Assembly: GCA_002633005.1 (NCBI GenBank)
Contig: NMRA01000056.1
Span: forward strand, 691,165 to 755,164
Length of the DNA: 64,000 bases
Direction: 5' to 3'
From: Phoronis australis
Taxonomy: Eukaryota; Animalia; Phoronida
Positions 24,638 through 39,232 of this stretch are shown here, in pieces. The first letter of the stretch is position 1. Each line of letters starts with the position of its first letter. The translations under genes and the position numbers were made by a program. The notes beneath the pieces are model-generated. The model made no database searches. It was not told the origin of the DNA and worked only from the letters and a program-made list of their open reading frames with translations.

Positions 24638-26821
24638 TCACATAATTTTAGGCAAGCAATTTCTGTCACAGAATGTCACCATGTCACAGGCAATCAGTTC
24701 TTTATAATAAGCAACAGCTGATGAACAAAAGAAGTCATATCAAACAAAACTCATCTTTGATAAATGTTTCATAGAACCTTTTCAAAGTTTGGCACTCCTG
24801 TGGGGTTTCAGCAGTTCCGGGTCAGTATGCTTTTTGTTGACATAGTAACCAACGCGGATGTACTCCTTGTTTTTATATGAACACCGAACATGGCAGTTTG
24901 GGACACAATATGGCAGACTGGTGAAATTATTTTTGATTTTGTCAAATTTCTCAACAAAATTAACTTTTCAGTTAAATTTATTTTGCTCTCATCTGGAACA
25001 CATGGTAAAGATTGCAACAATGTGGTAACCCTCTGAAAAATACAAATATGACAATTTCAGTAATAATTTTTGTCGATGATATTCTTATTTTTTTAATTGT
25101 GGCTACCATAACTATGCTCTCTTGAAGATATCATTTCTCACAACTGAATAACAACATGTCTGACTGGACTCCATATTTTTTAACTTTGCCTGTCACATGA
25201 TCAAACTCCAACTGCCTAAAAACACACACACAGTCCACACTTTGCAATATCCAGCATACAAAAATGGCAGAAAAGAAGACATCTTGATGAACTTGAGATA
25301 TGTTGTGCTTCAGCATTGCCATAGTTTGTACTATAAATCTACCACAGAACAAAACTTTGCCTTCATTTTGAGCTATTTAACAATGCAATCAGGGATGAAA
25401 ATGAAAAAAAAAAACATGTTATTATGTCATGTTTGCACAACTAGGTTTCAATAGTGCAGTGCTTGAACACGACAGGCTACTTCAGAAATGATGAGATTGT
25501 AAACAATCTTGGACGACATTTGAGATCGTCAACACCCATTTAAGAAGGGAGGCTTGAGTTCGCTAGTGACAAGTGGTGCAAAATTAAAGGTACTACTTTT
25601 GACATCTGCAGAGATTGAAAACAGGGTGATCGTGTGAAAAGGGAAATTCTATGAGAAGGGCCCTTGTTTCACTTGTGACGCACGAGCGTACCCCCACCTC
25701 CCTAGAAATCCATGAGCTAAATATGACTAGATACCTTACCAGCCACAGAAATGAACATCAAACTAGGAACTGTGCACAATTTGAACCGATAACATCAAAG
25801 ACATGCTTACTTTTAAAGCTCACAAACAAATTAGCAAAGACATGTTGAAACAAAACAACACCAAGTCATTTGAAGCACTAACTACGTAGGTCAAGCAGAA
25901 ATCATAGACTTCAATATTGGAATGAATCAAGTTAGCCACCGCGAGTCTCTCTGTGAAGTAATCAATGAACTTCGTTTAGTGTACGGTTTAACCATGTGTA
26001 ACTAGCAACGCTAACTGATCACATTAAACAAAAAAAAACAAAAACCAAACAAATGGTCCATTCCCAAAAATGATTCAAAACAAAGGTACCAACAGATGGT
26101 GCTGCACGAGACATAGTCGTCAAAACTTTTAACAAGAAAACAAAAACGCATTCAGTTTTTAACTTTAAATATTTCTTTTGGACTTTTGGACTCTAAAAAT
26201 TTAAAGGAAGTTGTCCCGACTAAATAAATACTAACAATCTGCAATATCGAATTGTTCTAACCAAGTAGATATGACCCATGTTCGGGTAGACACACACTCC
26301 AACAAAGTCAAACTAAATAACTCTGAAACCCCATGTTTTGCTATACTCAACACCCTTATTTTAAATAACCCATTTACAGTTTAAAATCAGTTTGTTGTCC
26401 AAGTAGATTGATAAATCATTCAGCCTTAAACCCCCACCTGGTGGTGGTTCCAGTCCTTACCTTATGAAGTCCACCGCACAACTGAATCAATTTGTCGCAG
26501 ATGAAAGACAACATAGTAGTTGCGGATGTCCAGATTTCAGTTCCAGTGCTTACTAAGTTGTTTTGATAACATTTTGAGAATTTACCCATTGGTAAACATA
26601 CTACTTTTTACTACTGTCGTGGGATTTAGCCGGAGAACAAATAGTAAATGCCGCGACAACAACTTAATGACCAGTCATTTATAATTCATGAACGTCTGGA
26701 CAGGACCTTGACCAATGTGTATGCATGGATTCCTTCAGTGTTCCGCACCCAATCCAATTCATTCTTTACAGTCTAAACGGATCAGCAATCAGGGTTAATT
26801 GGTACCCAGTAAATGTATTCT

Positions 26822-26899
26822 AAACTTCAGTATACACAGAGTACGGCCTTCCCATTCCAAACTTCAGTATACACAGAGTACAGCCTTCTCAATTCAAAT
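26822..26899. repeat. 37-bp tandem duplication
   Basis: aaacttcagtatacacagagtac(g/a)gccttc.. x2. Confidence 0.85.
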
Positions 26900-28171
26900 T
26901 CCTTGAGCATACGGTAACCCAAAAGTATAGTTGACCTCTCAACATATTTGAACACAACAAAGAGAAAACTAGCACCCTTGTGCCAAATATATAATTGCTC
27001 CAGTAGAAATAACTTTTCTTGTGGTCAGGTAACACACCATTCCATGAGCAGTGAATTATAAACAGCTTGCGCCAACAATCCTATAAAAACACACACCAAG
27101 GCGCCCTGGACAAAAGCTGTGTTCAGACCAACCTAGGAACCGCTAACTATACCCTCTTGTAACTCTTTCTATAGTTTCACAGTTATGCAATCGGCACCTT
27201 TCACAAAAACTGTTTTAGTGGCCAGTAGTTGTCAGAGCTATTGCCTTCCAATATTCTCCCCAGTCAATACCATGGTTGCCATTGTTTCCAAGGAGATTTG
27301 ACAGCAATGACACTGGAGTTACAACTTTTGAAAATGCCATGTTCACAGCCAGTTGCTATAGTTACAACCATCACTAAACCACCTTCCCAGAGAGTTAACT
27401 GCACTATAATAGTTACCACATATACAAGACCAGTTCTAAACTGTTCACACACAGAGTTATAACCTTTGACTCTGTTTCAAAAGGTATAACCCCTTTGTTG
27501 TAAACAGTGCAAGTCTCCAAACAAGTACCCATGAAGAAACAAAAAATAATTTGTTAATTGTAATTTACTAAGGTGCTTTTTCAGGACTCAAACCATAGGA
27601 ATCAACATTACAGACAACCAACTTCAATTCCAACTCCACATATTCTCTTTATTCCTCAAATTTACAACAAAAATATCTAGAGGGCTCTACAGGGCGCCAA
27701 TAGGGAAAAATCCTGTACAAGCCACTAAGTACACTCCTGTTTCTTGGAAAAGGCAGCTTTCACTGAATTGCACACCATCCCAAAGCTGTGTAACTGCTCA
27801 CTAAAATGGTGGTATCATGTGTGCTATAATGGCTCACAGGAACCAAGAACAGTACTATTTCTACCATAAGGTGACACGTGAAATTCCAAAAATTTCGCCA
27901 AGTAAAAATCCTGGCTGTGCTCAACCTCGCTTTGACGTGGAACTAGTTTAGCAATGGAATAGAGATTACCGCACTTTAAGAAATAATCATTGGGAAACAT
28001 AATGGATATTCGTTAGGTATCAAATGTCAACTTCTGATTCATGTCATATGGACATTATAGCAATTCCAGAGATAGTTTGGTGTGATTATTCACAGTGGTG
28101 AGGCCTGACCTAGCTGAGCAACACTGCAGCCAGGAAGCCCTGCTCAGCAAGTGGCTTTGTTTTCTCTTTAC

Positions 28172-28670
28172 GGTTATGTACGAGACCAGAAAAATGTCCA
28201 AATTCGGCCAACTTAGGAACACCATGTATCAGAAATGAGAGATTGGATTGACATGAAACTTTCAGGTGCTTTGCTTTATGCGTTGTTCTCCAAAATGCTG
28301 TAAGAAATTGTTTCGAAGATGTTCCACTTTCATACCAAATACAAAGCTATTATAATTTTTAATGAAGAAGTGCAAATGTTGCACAAAACGAAATAATTAA
28401 GAAAACTGCAATATTTTTTGAAATTTTATCTTGAACATTTATATTAAACAAGCTTTGATCATGTTATTGAATATTGATACTGCAATTTTGCCAACAACGT
28501 GCCTTTCTTTTTTGCTAAATTTCACTAAAAAAAGACGTGGTCACATGACCCAATTAATGACAAATCGATAAAAAGTAAAATTCAAATTCTAAAAGCTATA
28601 CCAACTATCTATTGTTTTGTAGACACTTGGCTAAATATGAAGACTTGTCGACAAGATACCCTACATACCG
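28172..28670. mobile_element. Kolobok-like MITE, diverged
   Basis: ggttatgta...tacatacc ends; inverted homologue of 60479-60940. Confidence 0.55.
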
Positions 28671-31380
28671 TAGTCTTAACTTGCTAACAACACCTGAGAG
28701 TTCATTGGCTTGTACAGAATAAAAACGATTGTTAAGATATGATTTATGGTACAATAAACTTTACAGCAAACTCTGTCCCAAACAGAAATATACCACACTA
28801 TAACAGAAATTTTGCCTTGAGGCTATAAAAGCACAAGTCACTTTCTCAGTAGAAGCAAAACTTTGCTTTTACCGAAGTTTCTGTACGTGGAAAAGGTTAA
28901 CTCCCGTAGTTAACCTGCAAGTGAAACTTTGCTTAAAATAAGATTTAAAAGCGAAGCTTCGGTAGTGGGAACACTAAATGCGAAGCTTCATCAAAGTTAT
29001 CGGTAGAGGTCATGGCAACAACATATGATCACATGACTCGCAAAACGTGTTCTTTGTAATAGTAGCATAGCGTGCTCTCAATAGATGGACGTAAATAAAT
29101 ATAAGAAAGCATATCTGATGAAGAATGACACTGATCATTTTCATAGACACCCGTAAATAGCAGGAGAACCATTTTCAATTAGCCTCAAACCCACTACTCA
29201 ATATTCGTTGGAGAGTACGAATGAACTGCGTCGTCTGTTGTCATAGCGGTAACTTTGATATCGATGCTTAGTAAGAAGGGTATGCGACGTTTCGGTGAAG
29301 ATTCGGTAAACCAAAGTTCCCCTAATGGGATAGAAGTTAGTTACACATGGTCATGGACGCCCTGAGAAATTGAGAATGAAATTTTGGATACCTTCTTTTC
29401 GAAACCTTGCACGAACCCCTGGCAGTGGAGCTCAAGTAAAAACTCCCAAGCTGTCTAATGCCCCAGCACAACATGCACATCGTTGTTGGAACAACTGTCT
29501 CAACGACAGTCACGGGCTTCAGGTTTTCAAGAATATTGGCTTATGGGCCAGTGTTGATGAATAGAAGTATGAACTAAGCTGTGAAATTTACCTCAGTCCT
29601 TGTTAGCCTCACACAGGTGAAATGCTCACTTACATAACAACTACATTCTTAGTAAACAACACAAATGTAGTAATTGTGGTTACAATGACGCAGGTAAGGA
29701 GAGAGATTTGTTGCAGACAGATGATGCAAAGACTAATATTCAAATCACATCAATTGGTTGATTCAAACAATTCTCAAGAACACGCCCAACAATCAAAATT
29801 GTTTTTTTCAAAAAAAGCCATTAAAATGTCAATCTCATATCAAGGTACATTAGACAGCAGTAGATCAAAGATAACATAAATTTATAGTACTTTAATACTA
29901 CGGGTGTTTTTACACAAAGGCTTGACACAGAACGAGTGCTCACATCGCGAGTTCTGTTTACGTGACATTATCTGAAACTGTACCATCACGCACTTATCAG
30001 TCACAGAGGTCAGTCTGCGCAACACAAGAGTGAACAATAGTAAATGCCCAAAACCACATAGAATTCACCACATTTCACTCACACTTCTGATGCTGAAAGA
30101 ATGCCGATGACGGCGGCATGAGCTTCGACCGTAGTATCTGCAATAAATGGTCGTTGCTTCGGCTGATGTTTTCATAACACCACGATGCTAAAAACACATA
30201 TAAAAAGGCACATGACAGCTGGAATTCTACATGATTTTGGGCATTTACCAATGTTGAGCCTGACATGCAGTGCCCTCTTGTGACTGCCTGCAGTGCTGAT
30301 CTAGTTTTCCTTAATGTCGTGTAAGCAACTTGCGCCATGACTATTCGTTCCAGGCAAAACGTTTCATATTTCCACTGTACATGCCTCTTATTGCCAACTC
30401 TTTCATCATTTAAGCACAGTGTGAATGTGTATATGAAACGTTCCTTTCCTCCTCCCCATTAACTTAACATTTAACATTCTTTACATGTTGACTTGATAAA
30501 AAATTATTGTTTGCTGTCTTACAAAGACCAGATCTGAGGCACAGAACTGTAGACTACTCATTTTTTATATTGTCTGGACAAATAATGGGTAAAAAACATC
30601 GAGGGTTTGTCATGTGAAAGTAACTACACACTTACTAGAACAAGTGACATGAGACATTTTCTGAATCATGTTGCTAACAACAACCACCAACAGTAGTGAC
30701 AGTAAAGCAATTACAAAATTATATGCAAAAACACAGCTGTTCCTCGCTGAACAAAAACCTTGAAGGTACATATTACGATATTTTGTAAAAATGCTTGACA
30801 TATTGGTAAAATTAGGCACTAGTAAATTTGAATCAAATTTCGAGTGAAATTTTGTGAACTCGGGGGCCCCTGATGACAAAGTAGAACCGATACAGTTTAT
30901 GAGACACAGTTACAACACCCTACCTATACACATCCAAGGCAACAGGCTACTCGTGTCTGTCCAGTTGTTTTGATATCAAACAGAAAATTTTAATGAGACA
31001 CACGTACAAATTCCAAATTCATTGACCATTTATAGTACATCATATCATCAGAGAACTCAACAGAAATGAATTTTTTCAAGATTGCATAGTAGTTTGCCTG
31101 TGGCCTGCTTCTCAAGCATTCTATTGGCTTTTTTACTTCCAATTTCAGATCAATTTATGGATGGCTTAGCCTGTTTCACAATAACAGACTAAGGTTTAAA
31201 GTCAGAAATTTGTTAATGACTTGTAGTCAAAGAACAGAAATCTGTAGTCTGCTTGAATAGACAGAAGACAAAACCTTTTGAAAATGCAAAAGACAAATAG
31301 AAACAATTTTTGGCTATTCGTTACAGTCAAAAGACAAAAGTCAAGAGTCTTTTCAAGAAACAAACTACAGGAAATAAAAT

Positions 31381-31427
31381 ACGTACGTGTGTGTACGTGT
31401 GTGGGTGGGCGTGCGTGTGTGTGTACA
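31381..31427. repeat. Imperfect (GT)n microsatellite
   Basis: Direct reading. Confidence 0.8.
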
Positions 31428-33347
31428 CTAAAACTGAAATGGTGACATGTCTCTTCAGAATAAATCGGTTTAAATTATAGCCTCGTCAGCCTTCAGAGAT
31501 TGAGTAAAACAGTTTCCTAACACGAAATTACACTCCAGGGATGGATTTCAAACATGATAGTCTTTTGGAAATATTAACACAGCTAATACGCCCGGAAATG
31601 GGGAAAACATTGAATGAGATAGACCGCAGGAACTCGACTACAAATTTGCAAAACACGAGATAAAATATAAAAGATTGAGCCCAAAGACTGAAGAATACAT
31701 GAAACCCTGAGGATGCAGTAAACAACAATTCATCAAGAGTTTTATGCGCCTTCTAGTAATCAATATTAATTGGCAACTCTCGCTTGTGACCTTCTAACAA
31801 ACTTTTAACTGGAAATATACCGGTACATCAACTACTAGTAGTACGATACAACAGGAGAATGCTAAGCCCTCCCCAGCTCAAAATAAATTTCAATTTGNCC
31901 CCCCGAAAGTGCCCTCGAGTTCCCACTCCTTTCATTTTACAATGGCTCCTTCATTGTGACAATCCTCAATCTTAGAACAATTTCTTAGTTGGAGCTCTAC
32001 AATAAAACATAATGATAAAAGTGTTTATTTGGAATTACTTATTTTTATGAAAAAAGCAAGTTTCGGTTACCATCATATTGTGTCTTTAACTGGTGAGACT
32101 TCATCGTAAGCACTGTCTAGTTGTCGTAAGGACAGAAAATTGTTGTCAACCCATTAGTAAATGTGTCATAGATTTTGACAAGAATCTGCATGTATCATGT
32201 ATTCATCAGTTTTAAGAAGAACTTACCGGTAACTTTCGAAAAAATCAATATGATTCTTTCTTTATGGCCGTACGAAATTTGAGCTCGCTAAAAACTATAA
32301 GATTTATGAACAGTCAACAGTCCGTGAAAGGTTGACAATTTTGACCTGCCTGTATTTGTGGCAGAATAAGAGACAATTTTGGCAATTATTTTTTATTGCA
32401 ATGACTAAAGACTTACCACCTATACCACTACCAACACAAACACCTGCCCTCAACTCTACAGGGCATCCAATCAAATAAGTACAGATCAATTATATTTAAC
32501 CTTCTTAAGTCCCTTCCACACTAACATCAAGGAGTACATGTTTTCGGGGAGTTACGGTCAGTATGAACGGTTAACTTCGGTCTCATCAAAGTTATCGCCT
32601 GGAGCCAGTGCTATCGTCAACAATTAAAGGGTAGTGTCATCACTTATTGATGCTTAGAATTTGCTTGAATAATGACCAATTGAATTAGAAATAAGTTCTA
32701 CATCAATTAGCACACATAAATGTTCTCAAGTTGTAACATTAAAAAATGTTAGCGCGCACCTGATGCACCACCGTGATGCACCACCGCTACCTTGTAGTAT
32801 TATTTCGATGACGACAGCGCCACCTAACAGTTACTTCAATGCCGTTACTTACCGAAGCTGGTATGAACAATTCAATTAACTTCGCAGTTTACGTCAACAC
32901 TCAGCTCATAATGGAGTTAAGTTAGCATGAAAGGGCCTTACCCTACTTAACTATAGAAACCAACCTCAGAACATGATGTTCACAATACATGTCTGAAGGT
33001 CTTCTTTCACTTTCTATCGTGCAGATTCACCTCTTTTTAAAACACATTACACAGAGCTGACCCTAACAACTGCTGCTGTTTTTTTCTTTTTACAGAGCAA
33101 ACAACAGCATTAGTTCCAACCGACCAGTTTCCAAGCTGTAGCATAAAAGGAACACAAGTGTAGATTGCAGAGGTTATTGTCCTCAAATCACATCAACTAA
33201 AGCTGCTTTCATATTAGGGTTAGTCTGGACTAGTTTGCTGTAGGAACATATTTTAGATCAGCCTGATAACCTACTGTACCTGTCACCTTTGTCACTTGAC
33301 AGGACATAAACACTCCATCACTCTAACATTGAAGCTTTAATGTACTA

Positions 33348-35805
33348 CCGTAATCGTTCGGGTTAACGCCCCTACTCAGTTAACCGCCCATACTCAGTTA
33401 ACCGCCCATCCCCGACTTTAAGTGGATTTTCGATTTAACCACCCACTGCTCGGTTAAGTGCCCCCGTGTGATTTTTGAAGATTTCCAGTTAAGCGCCCAG
33501 CTCTCAGTTAAGCGCCCATCCCCGACTTTTAAAGAATGAAGATTTAGAGCCTAGTGCTAAGGAAACGCGCTATTCCCCGACTTTTAGAAAAAGATCGACG
33601 ATCACAATGAGTGCAACGACGCCGGCACTCCAAGACGGTGGTTTTGCAATCTGAATTACAATAAAGGTAACGAGTTATTGTCTTGGGTCATGAACTCACT
33701 TCAAAATATAATACTTGAACCTTTTGTCACTTTATTTTCTTCCCTTGTTTGCAAAGTTTAAGAATGCCGCCGGCGTCAAAACCTCCGCTTTCAGCGACTT
33801 TGTCTGCCGCGCTGAGTTTCCGTCTGCAGTGCACTAGATAAAACATATATTCCAAAAAATCAGGCCAGAGAAATGTGACAATGGTTTTGCCAACCCTCCA
33901 AATTATATTAAGGTGGGAAGCTCTCGTATTTTGAACAAATCTCACAACTCACGGAAAGATGTCAAATTCTCAATATTTTGATGAATATAACTGCCGGGTT
34001 ATAAAGGATGTGGGGCGACCAAAGGGACAGTACAAGTGCCTTACTGGGTTACCGATTTCGTTGCTGCCTGTCGATTTCTGAATTCAAATGTTGGCAATAA
34101 TGTATGTTTGTGTATGATCTTGAAGTAATAAAAAACGGCTAGTCAAATTTTGTTTTTCGCTTATTGCATCTCAGTCAAACTGGTTAGCAGATTTAACTAA
34201 TGTCGCTGGCTGTTCTTTACTATTCTTGCGTCAGCCTACACGTAAGCGTGACTGTGAATTATCATTTCCACATCCCCTTTTTAGCCATCCAGAATAATTT
34301 TGTTTATACATTGGCCATTTTCAGCCTGAACAAAAATTCTTACCATTCGAGTCTGAAATATCTACGGCGTACTGCTTGACGATAATGGGTAGCAGATTCA
34401 CACATCTAGTTACAGGGATGGGCTTAGGAGCATCGAGCCGGGAAATACGGCAACAGACTTGACATCGCAGTTTTGGGGAACATTGGCAACGGAGGAATAT
34501 CGTAAAGAACTGGGTCTTTCGTAACAACAGCTTAAAAGCACATAGTCACGCACGTTTTTGTTACTTCGGACTGTCGCTATGTGACTGATTTGTAGTGGTG
34601 CACGTGCGCAAGTTCCCACACCTTGGAGTGCATGTTACCTTGACACCAACATGTGATTGACAGGTGACTCACACGTAGGCCCTACGTGCGTGCTGAATAC
34701 CGCCACTATCTTTGGCCATAAAAAACGAGATGCATATTGAAAGAGGCCGTTATATTAATTGACGGCATTTCCAAGTCACGATTGTCAGCCAACTGAGACA
34801 TTGCGCGATAACAGCGGGACCAAACAGTGCCGCAGTGCGATATTACAAGTGATATAAATAGGATAATCTGGACATCTTGCATGAAAAATAAATGTTCTAA
34901 CTTCCACCACGAAGGTTGGTAAGGTGATCGTTTAGAATAATGAATTGAAACATTGCTGTTTTCTGACATTTTGTAACATATTTATGCAGTTGCTTGAAAT
35001 TTCATTCTCGATCGACGACTGGCTCGACCACCCCCGATCCTCGTCTTACTTCTTTGCATAGCATGTTTGGCGCAACGGCAAGAGAGCAATGCCGGGCTGT
35101 CGAGATAACACAGCTAGCCGCAGAACCATACGCTGAAAATGTCATTGAGTCATGGAGTGTCGACTTTAACATCCCAAACACAAAAAAACAACAGAGTTAA
35201 GTTTTTCAAACATTTATTACAACCAATTTTAAAACTGCTCTCTGAGTCGGAACTTGACAGCTACATATAGTACGAGACTGTAACCATAAATTTGATGTCT
35301 GACCTCGGCAACACGTGAAGCTTGTACACGCGCACTTAAGCAGGGTCACATCTTGAAACAGTTTTAATTCTAGTGGAGGCTGCGAGGTCACTGGTCGTCT
35401 GCGCACCGCAGGACGGCACGGGGCTATTACTCAGCAATTTTGTAAATTTAATAGTGAATGACTAATCTGAGGTCAAGAGAACCTTTGTTGGGATCATCCG
35501 CTGTTATGATGTTTTCACAGTCATTTGGCGAATTGACAATAAAGCTCTTTGAAAAGGGCTACGTGTTCCAAGTATGATTGTCGTGTTCCAAGTATGATTG
35601 TCGTGTCGGGATTTAGATCGCCAGGTAAGATTAACCGCCCAGGGCGGTTGTCTGTCGTAATAAGCGCCCATGTTTGGTTAACCGCCCATCCCCTACTTTA
35701 GGTGGATTTTCGATTTAACCGCCCACTGCTCGGTTAACCGCCCTCCCCCCGATTTTTTGGATTCGCCAATTTAACTGCCCAGGGCGTTAACCCGAACGAT
35801 TACGG
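33348..35805 (+). mobile_element. Non-autonomous Tc1/mariner (pogo-like) DNA transposon, 2458 bp
   Basis: Perfect 24-bp TIR CCGTAATCGTTCGGGTTAACGCCC, TA TSD on both sides, subterminal TTAA(C/G)CGCCC repeats at both ends, no transposase ORF. Confidence 0.88.
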
Positions 35806-38543
35806 TAAACACGAGATGTCACTCCAGTAATACTTCTAACGATCTCTAGTATATCCGACCACCAATTGTCACTCTTATTTTGAGACATGTTTAAGATAAA
35901 AATTTTACAGTGAACAGTAAGTAGACGTAAATAACATCAACGTCGAGAGTGTGCGAAATGGCGGGAAGAACTCCGCATTCGCGTGAAGTGGGGAGAAAAT
36001 TTAGGGCGGTCGAGCAATTAGTCCAGACCAAACCTTGCATACTGCGCTTACATAATAGGACCAACTTAAGCTCGCTAGTCCGGTATTTTCAAAAATACTA
36101 AATTTAGTACCATATTAAATTGAGACCGCTCTATATCACCTTTCGAATTGGGTCTAAAATTCTTTCGTTAAGAAAGAACGTTATTCCGCCAATAAAATAC
36201 CTATTGCAAAAGGCCATTAAACTAGGTCATAGTTTAGCTCCAAATTTTCAACTACAGGAAAATCTCGTCAATTTTGGACAGAAATAATTCCAAAATTGGT
36301 CTTTATTTCTCAAAAGCTTCTGTCATCGTTTTGAATGAGCACAATTTCTCAGGAAATAGTCTGAAGGTACGGTAGTTATGACCTCTAGACCTTTAAAGTG
36401 TAATAGCATGTATTTAGTGCTACTTATCTTTGATTAAAAAATGAAAACAAAATTTTATTAGTCAACAATATTACGCCCAAAATTGCAGAGATTTTACTAC
36501 AACTGCTTGTGCTCACACCAGGGGGAGCTACAACAGCTAAAGCTCAAGTTCCTAACTTTAGTCATAAGGTCAGTGCCTTTAGATTCAAGTTGAACAAATA
36601 CCGCCCTGGAGCACCTTGCACTAGCGCATCTTATCGGCCCACACACACACATATAACTAGGGTAAGTACGGCAGCCGTTGTTCTGTGCATGACAATGAAC
36701 AGTTAATGTGAATACTGGGTAGAGCGCAAAAGAAGGCCTTTCTGTATGATCCGCAGCTGATAATTATTTCTGCCTTGTCCCAGGTTTGCAGCCACACAGG
36801 AATTAGAAGTGGCGCAAGTTACCCTAGAACAAGTCACCCTACCTAAATAAGGTGGGGGTAAGTTGCACTAGTCTAATATCGCCCACATAGCCTCCAAACC
36901 TATCCACAACTCCTTCCATGAGTAACTTGTTCTAGCGCAAGTTTGAGTGGAGAACACATGAAACTGCACTGACTATTCACACCAATTTACAACTGCTTGC
37001 TGTACCACCCTCACAGAGGGTTATAAAGGTGCTGCAGTTAAAGCTGTTGCAACAGTTTTTAAACAACCCAACCTTTAAATCAGATTTAAAAGATATAACT
37101 GCTTTGGTTTGAACAGGCCATAATTTGTAACAGGCTGTACAATGAATATATAGTGGTGAACTATTTGGGGTAATACTGTAAATATCAATGCTTTATAAAA
37201 GACAATTGTGATTTCCAACATTGCTTTGACCCAGTCATTTAATTGAATGGGCGCACACTCCAATGGGTGTGAGTTATGGGAAAAAACCACTGCTGTTATT
37301 GAGCTGCCAACAAACAAGACCATGAATCTAATAACCCCTCCCCCCAGTATGATAATTATTTTCGCCTATTTTCTATTTTTCAGAAGTTGGTTACTTTAGT
37401 GCAAATAACTGAAAGTTGTTTTACATCTCCACATTGCAAGACAAAAACTTTCTCAATCCTGGTTTTCGTGGAGATGCTTCACAAAACAGGATTTCCTGTG
37501 TTGGCCATATTATGTTTACTACTATTTTACGAATTTTTGTTTCTCTGAGGCGGACCTTTTTGCCCACTTCACCAATTGGAGTACAGCTCATTCAAGCCCC
37601 CCCCCGAGCCCNNNNNNNNNAAGCCCCCCCCCGAGCCCCCCTTGGTGCGCACATCTACATTGCAAAAGTAATCTAAGTACAGAAACTCTTCATTCATTTC
37701 ACACAAAAACACTTACCAAAACTGTCCTTTTTCTATTTTTCAATGGCTGCAACAGTAAAAAATCTTTCCCAAATGCCAATTTATGACAATCTACCAGGTG
37801 AAGACTAAGGTATGAAGGAATACTAAAAATTTTCGCAATCCTTACTTTTTGGGAAACATGACAAAACAAATTTCTCTAGTCCGTCATATTGTGTGCTAAA
37901 TAGGTGAAAACAAATTGTTTTTGTTTTGCCTCACTGACAAGTGATGGCATGAATGAGTGACAGTGACTGACAAAACCCTAACAGACCTGTTGCTATGTAA
38001 ACTTGTTCCCATGGCAAGTCATGATGGCTGTCAATTACCACGAATCATTAAGACACTGATTGGTAAGGAATCTGTAACCAAAAAATAGCATAAACAATGT
38101 TAAGAAAAGATTGGCATGAAAATTCAGTCAAACGTCTGATCCTGATAAAATAAAAAACCTCCCACCTTGTTAGTAGCCTAAGTCAGCCTGTATTTAGAAT
38201 CTTTGCTAACATGCCAGGTCGAATTACAATCACATCAAATCTGCGGTATTACATCAAATCTGGGGTGCCCAACACATACCAAGGAGTTTCAAATTCAACA
38301 AATTCCTTCAGTTTCACAACTACAGATTACTCCAGAAGTCTAAACTAGGGTGAATTGACCATCCTAAGAGCTAGAGCATTAGCCAAATCCCCACTGGAAC
38401 TGGTAAGAAAAAAGGAACCATGTCAAAACCACTTCATCAACTCTCCATTGAGGGATCTACAAGCAGATACACATGGTGAACACTAAAGAAATGTGCAGAA
38501 AGTTGGAAAATCATTCTACACATGACATAACCATCTGTTTGTA

Positions 38544-39232
38544 GCCTGTTCACACCAAAGCGGTTATACCTTTGGTTTTGACTCTCGGTCGGAACATTTT
38601 AAGATAGGTCTTAAAAGTTGTAACTATACCATGGTTATAACCTTCTGTAAGGGTTGTGGTTTACCAAGATTCTATAAGTTTAAATTATCAGTGTCAACAT
38701 GAAAGTTATAGCCCAGTAGGTGGCGCTGCTGTCAAAGCTCTTTCGAAACAATGGCGTACTGAGGCACTGACAGGGGTGTAACGGAAGGCGACAGCACTGA
38801 TGACTGTACGTGGCACTGCTATCAACTCTTGTTGAAAACAATGGTGCACCGAGTCACTCACTGGGATGAATCGAATAGTGATAGCCCGCCCCGACTAGCA
38901 GGCAAAAATTACAATCAAGGATTACAGCAGCTTAATTGTTGTGAATGAAAACTGCAACAGTTACAACTATGGAACGAGTTACCACTGGTATTTGGTATAA
39001 AAACAGCTATGAAGCAGATCGTTGACTCAAATTGCCCCAAACAACCTGACATGGCAGGAGATACTTCATGTTACAAATACAGCGCAACGGAAGCTGAAAA
39101 TATTAAAAGTACTATTTGTCAAGTTGTTCCCATTTCCAGTGCACAGTATATCAATCCTTCACTTATTTTGTATAAAATCAATAGCCAAAATTACAATTTT
39201 TCCATAAATTGTTAACCTTGCTGCAAACAGTG
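38544..39232. mobile_element. Old MITE-like family (possibly PIF/Harbinger); inverted relatives at ~27280-27510 and ~42720-42998
   Basis: gcctgttcacaccaaag.ggttata terminus and shared ccattgtttc.aa.gag.tttgacagca block. Confidence 0.5.

Noticed and set aside
12826-27750. STAT/GAS-like sites (TTCNNNGAA, TTCCCGTAA) as feedback elements for a cytokine receptor
   Set aside because: Such short motifs are expected many times by chance in 64 kb of AT-rich DNA; no clear clustering, and some lie in repeats.
33727-35406. Transposase ORFs inside the pogo-like element (likewise the hAT5-like element at 43008-45192)
   Set aside because: Only short ORFs with no recognisable DDE/HTH motifs.
37592-37640. 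Direct repeat aagcccccccccgagccc
   Set aside because: Flanks a 9-N gap; a contig-overlap artefact.
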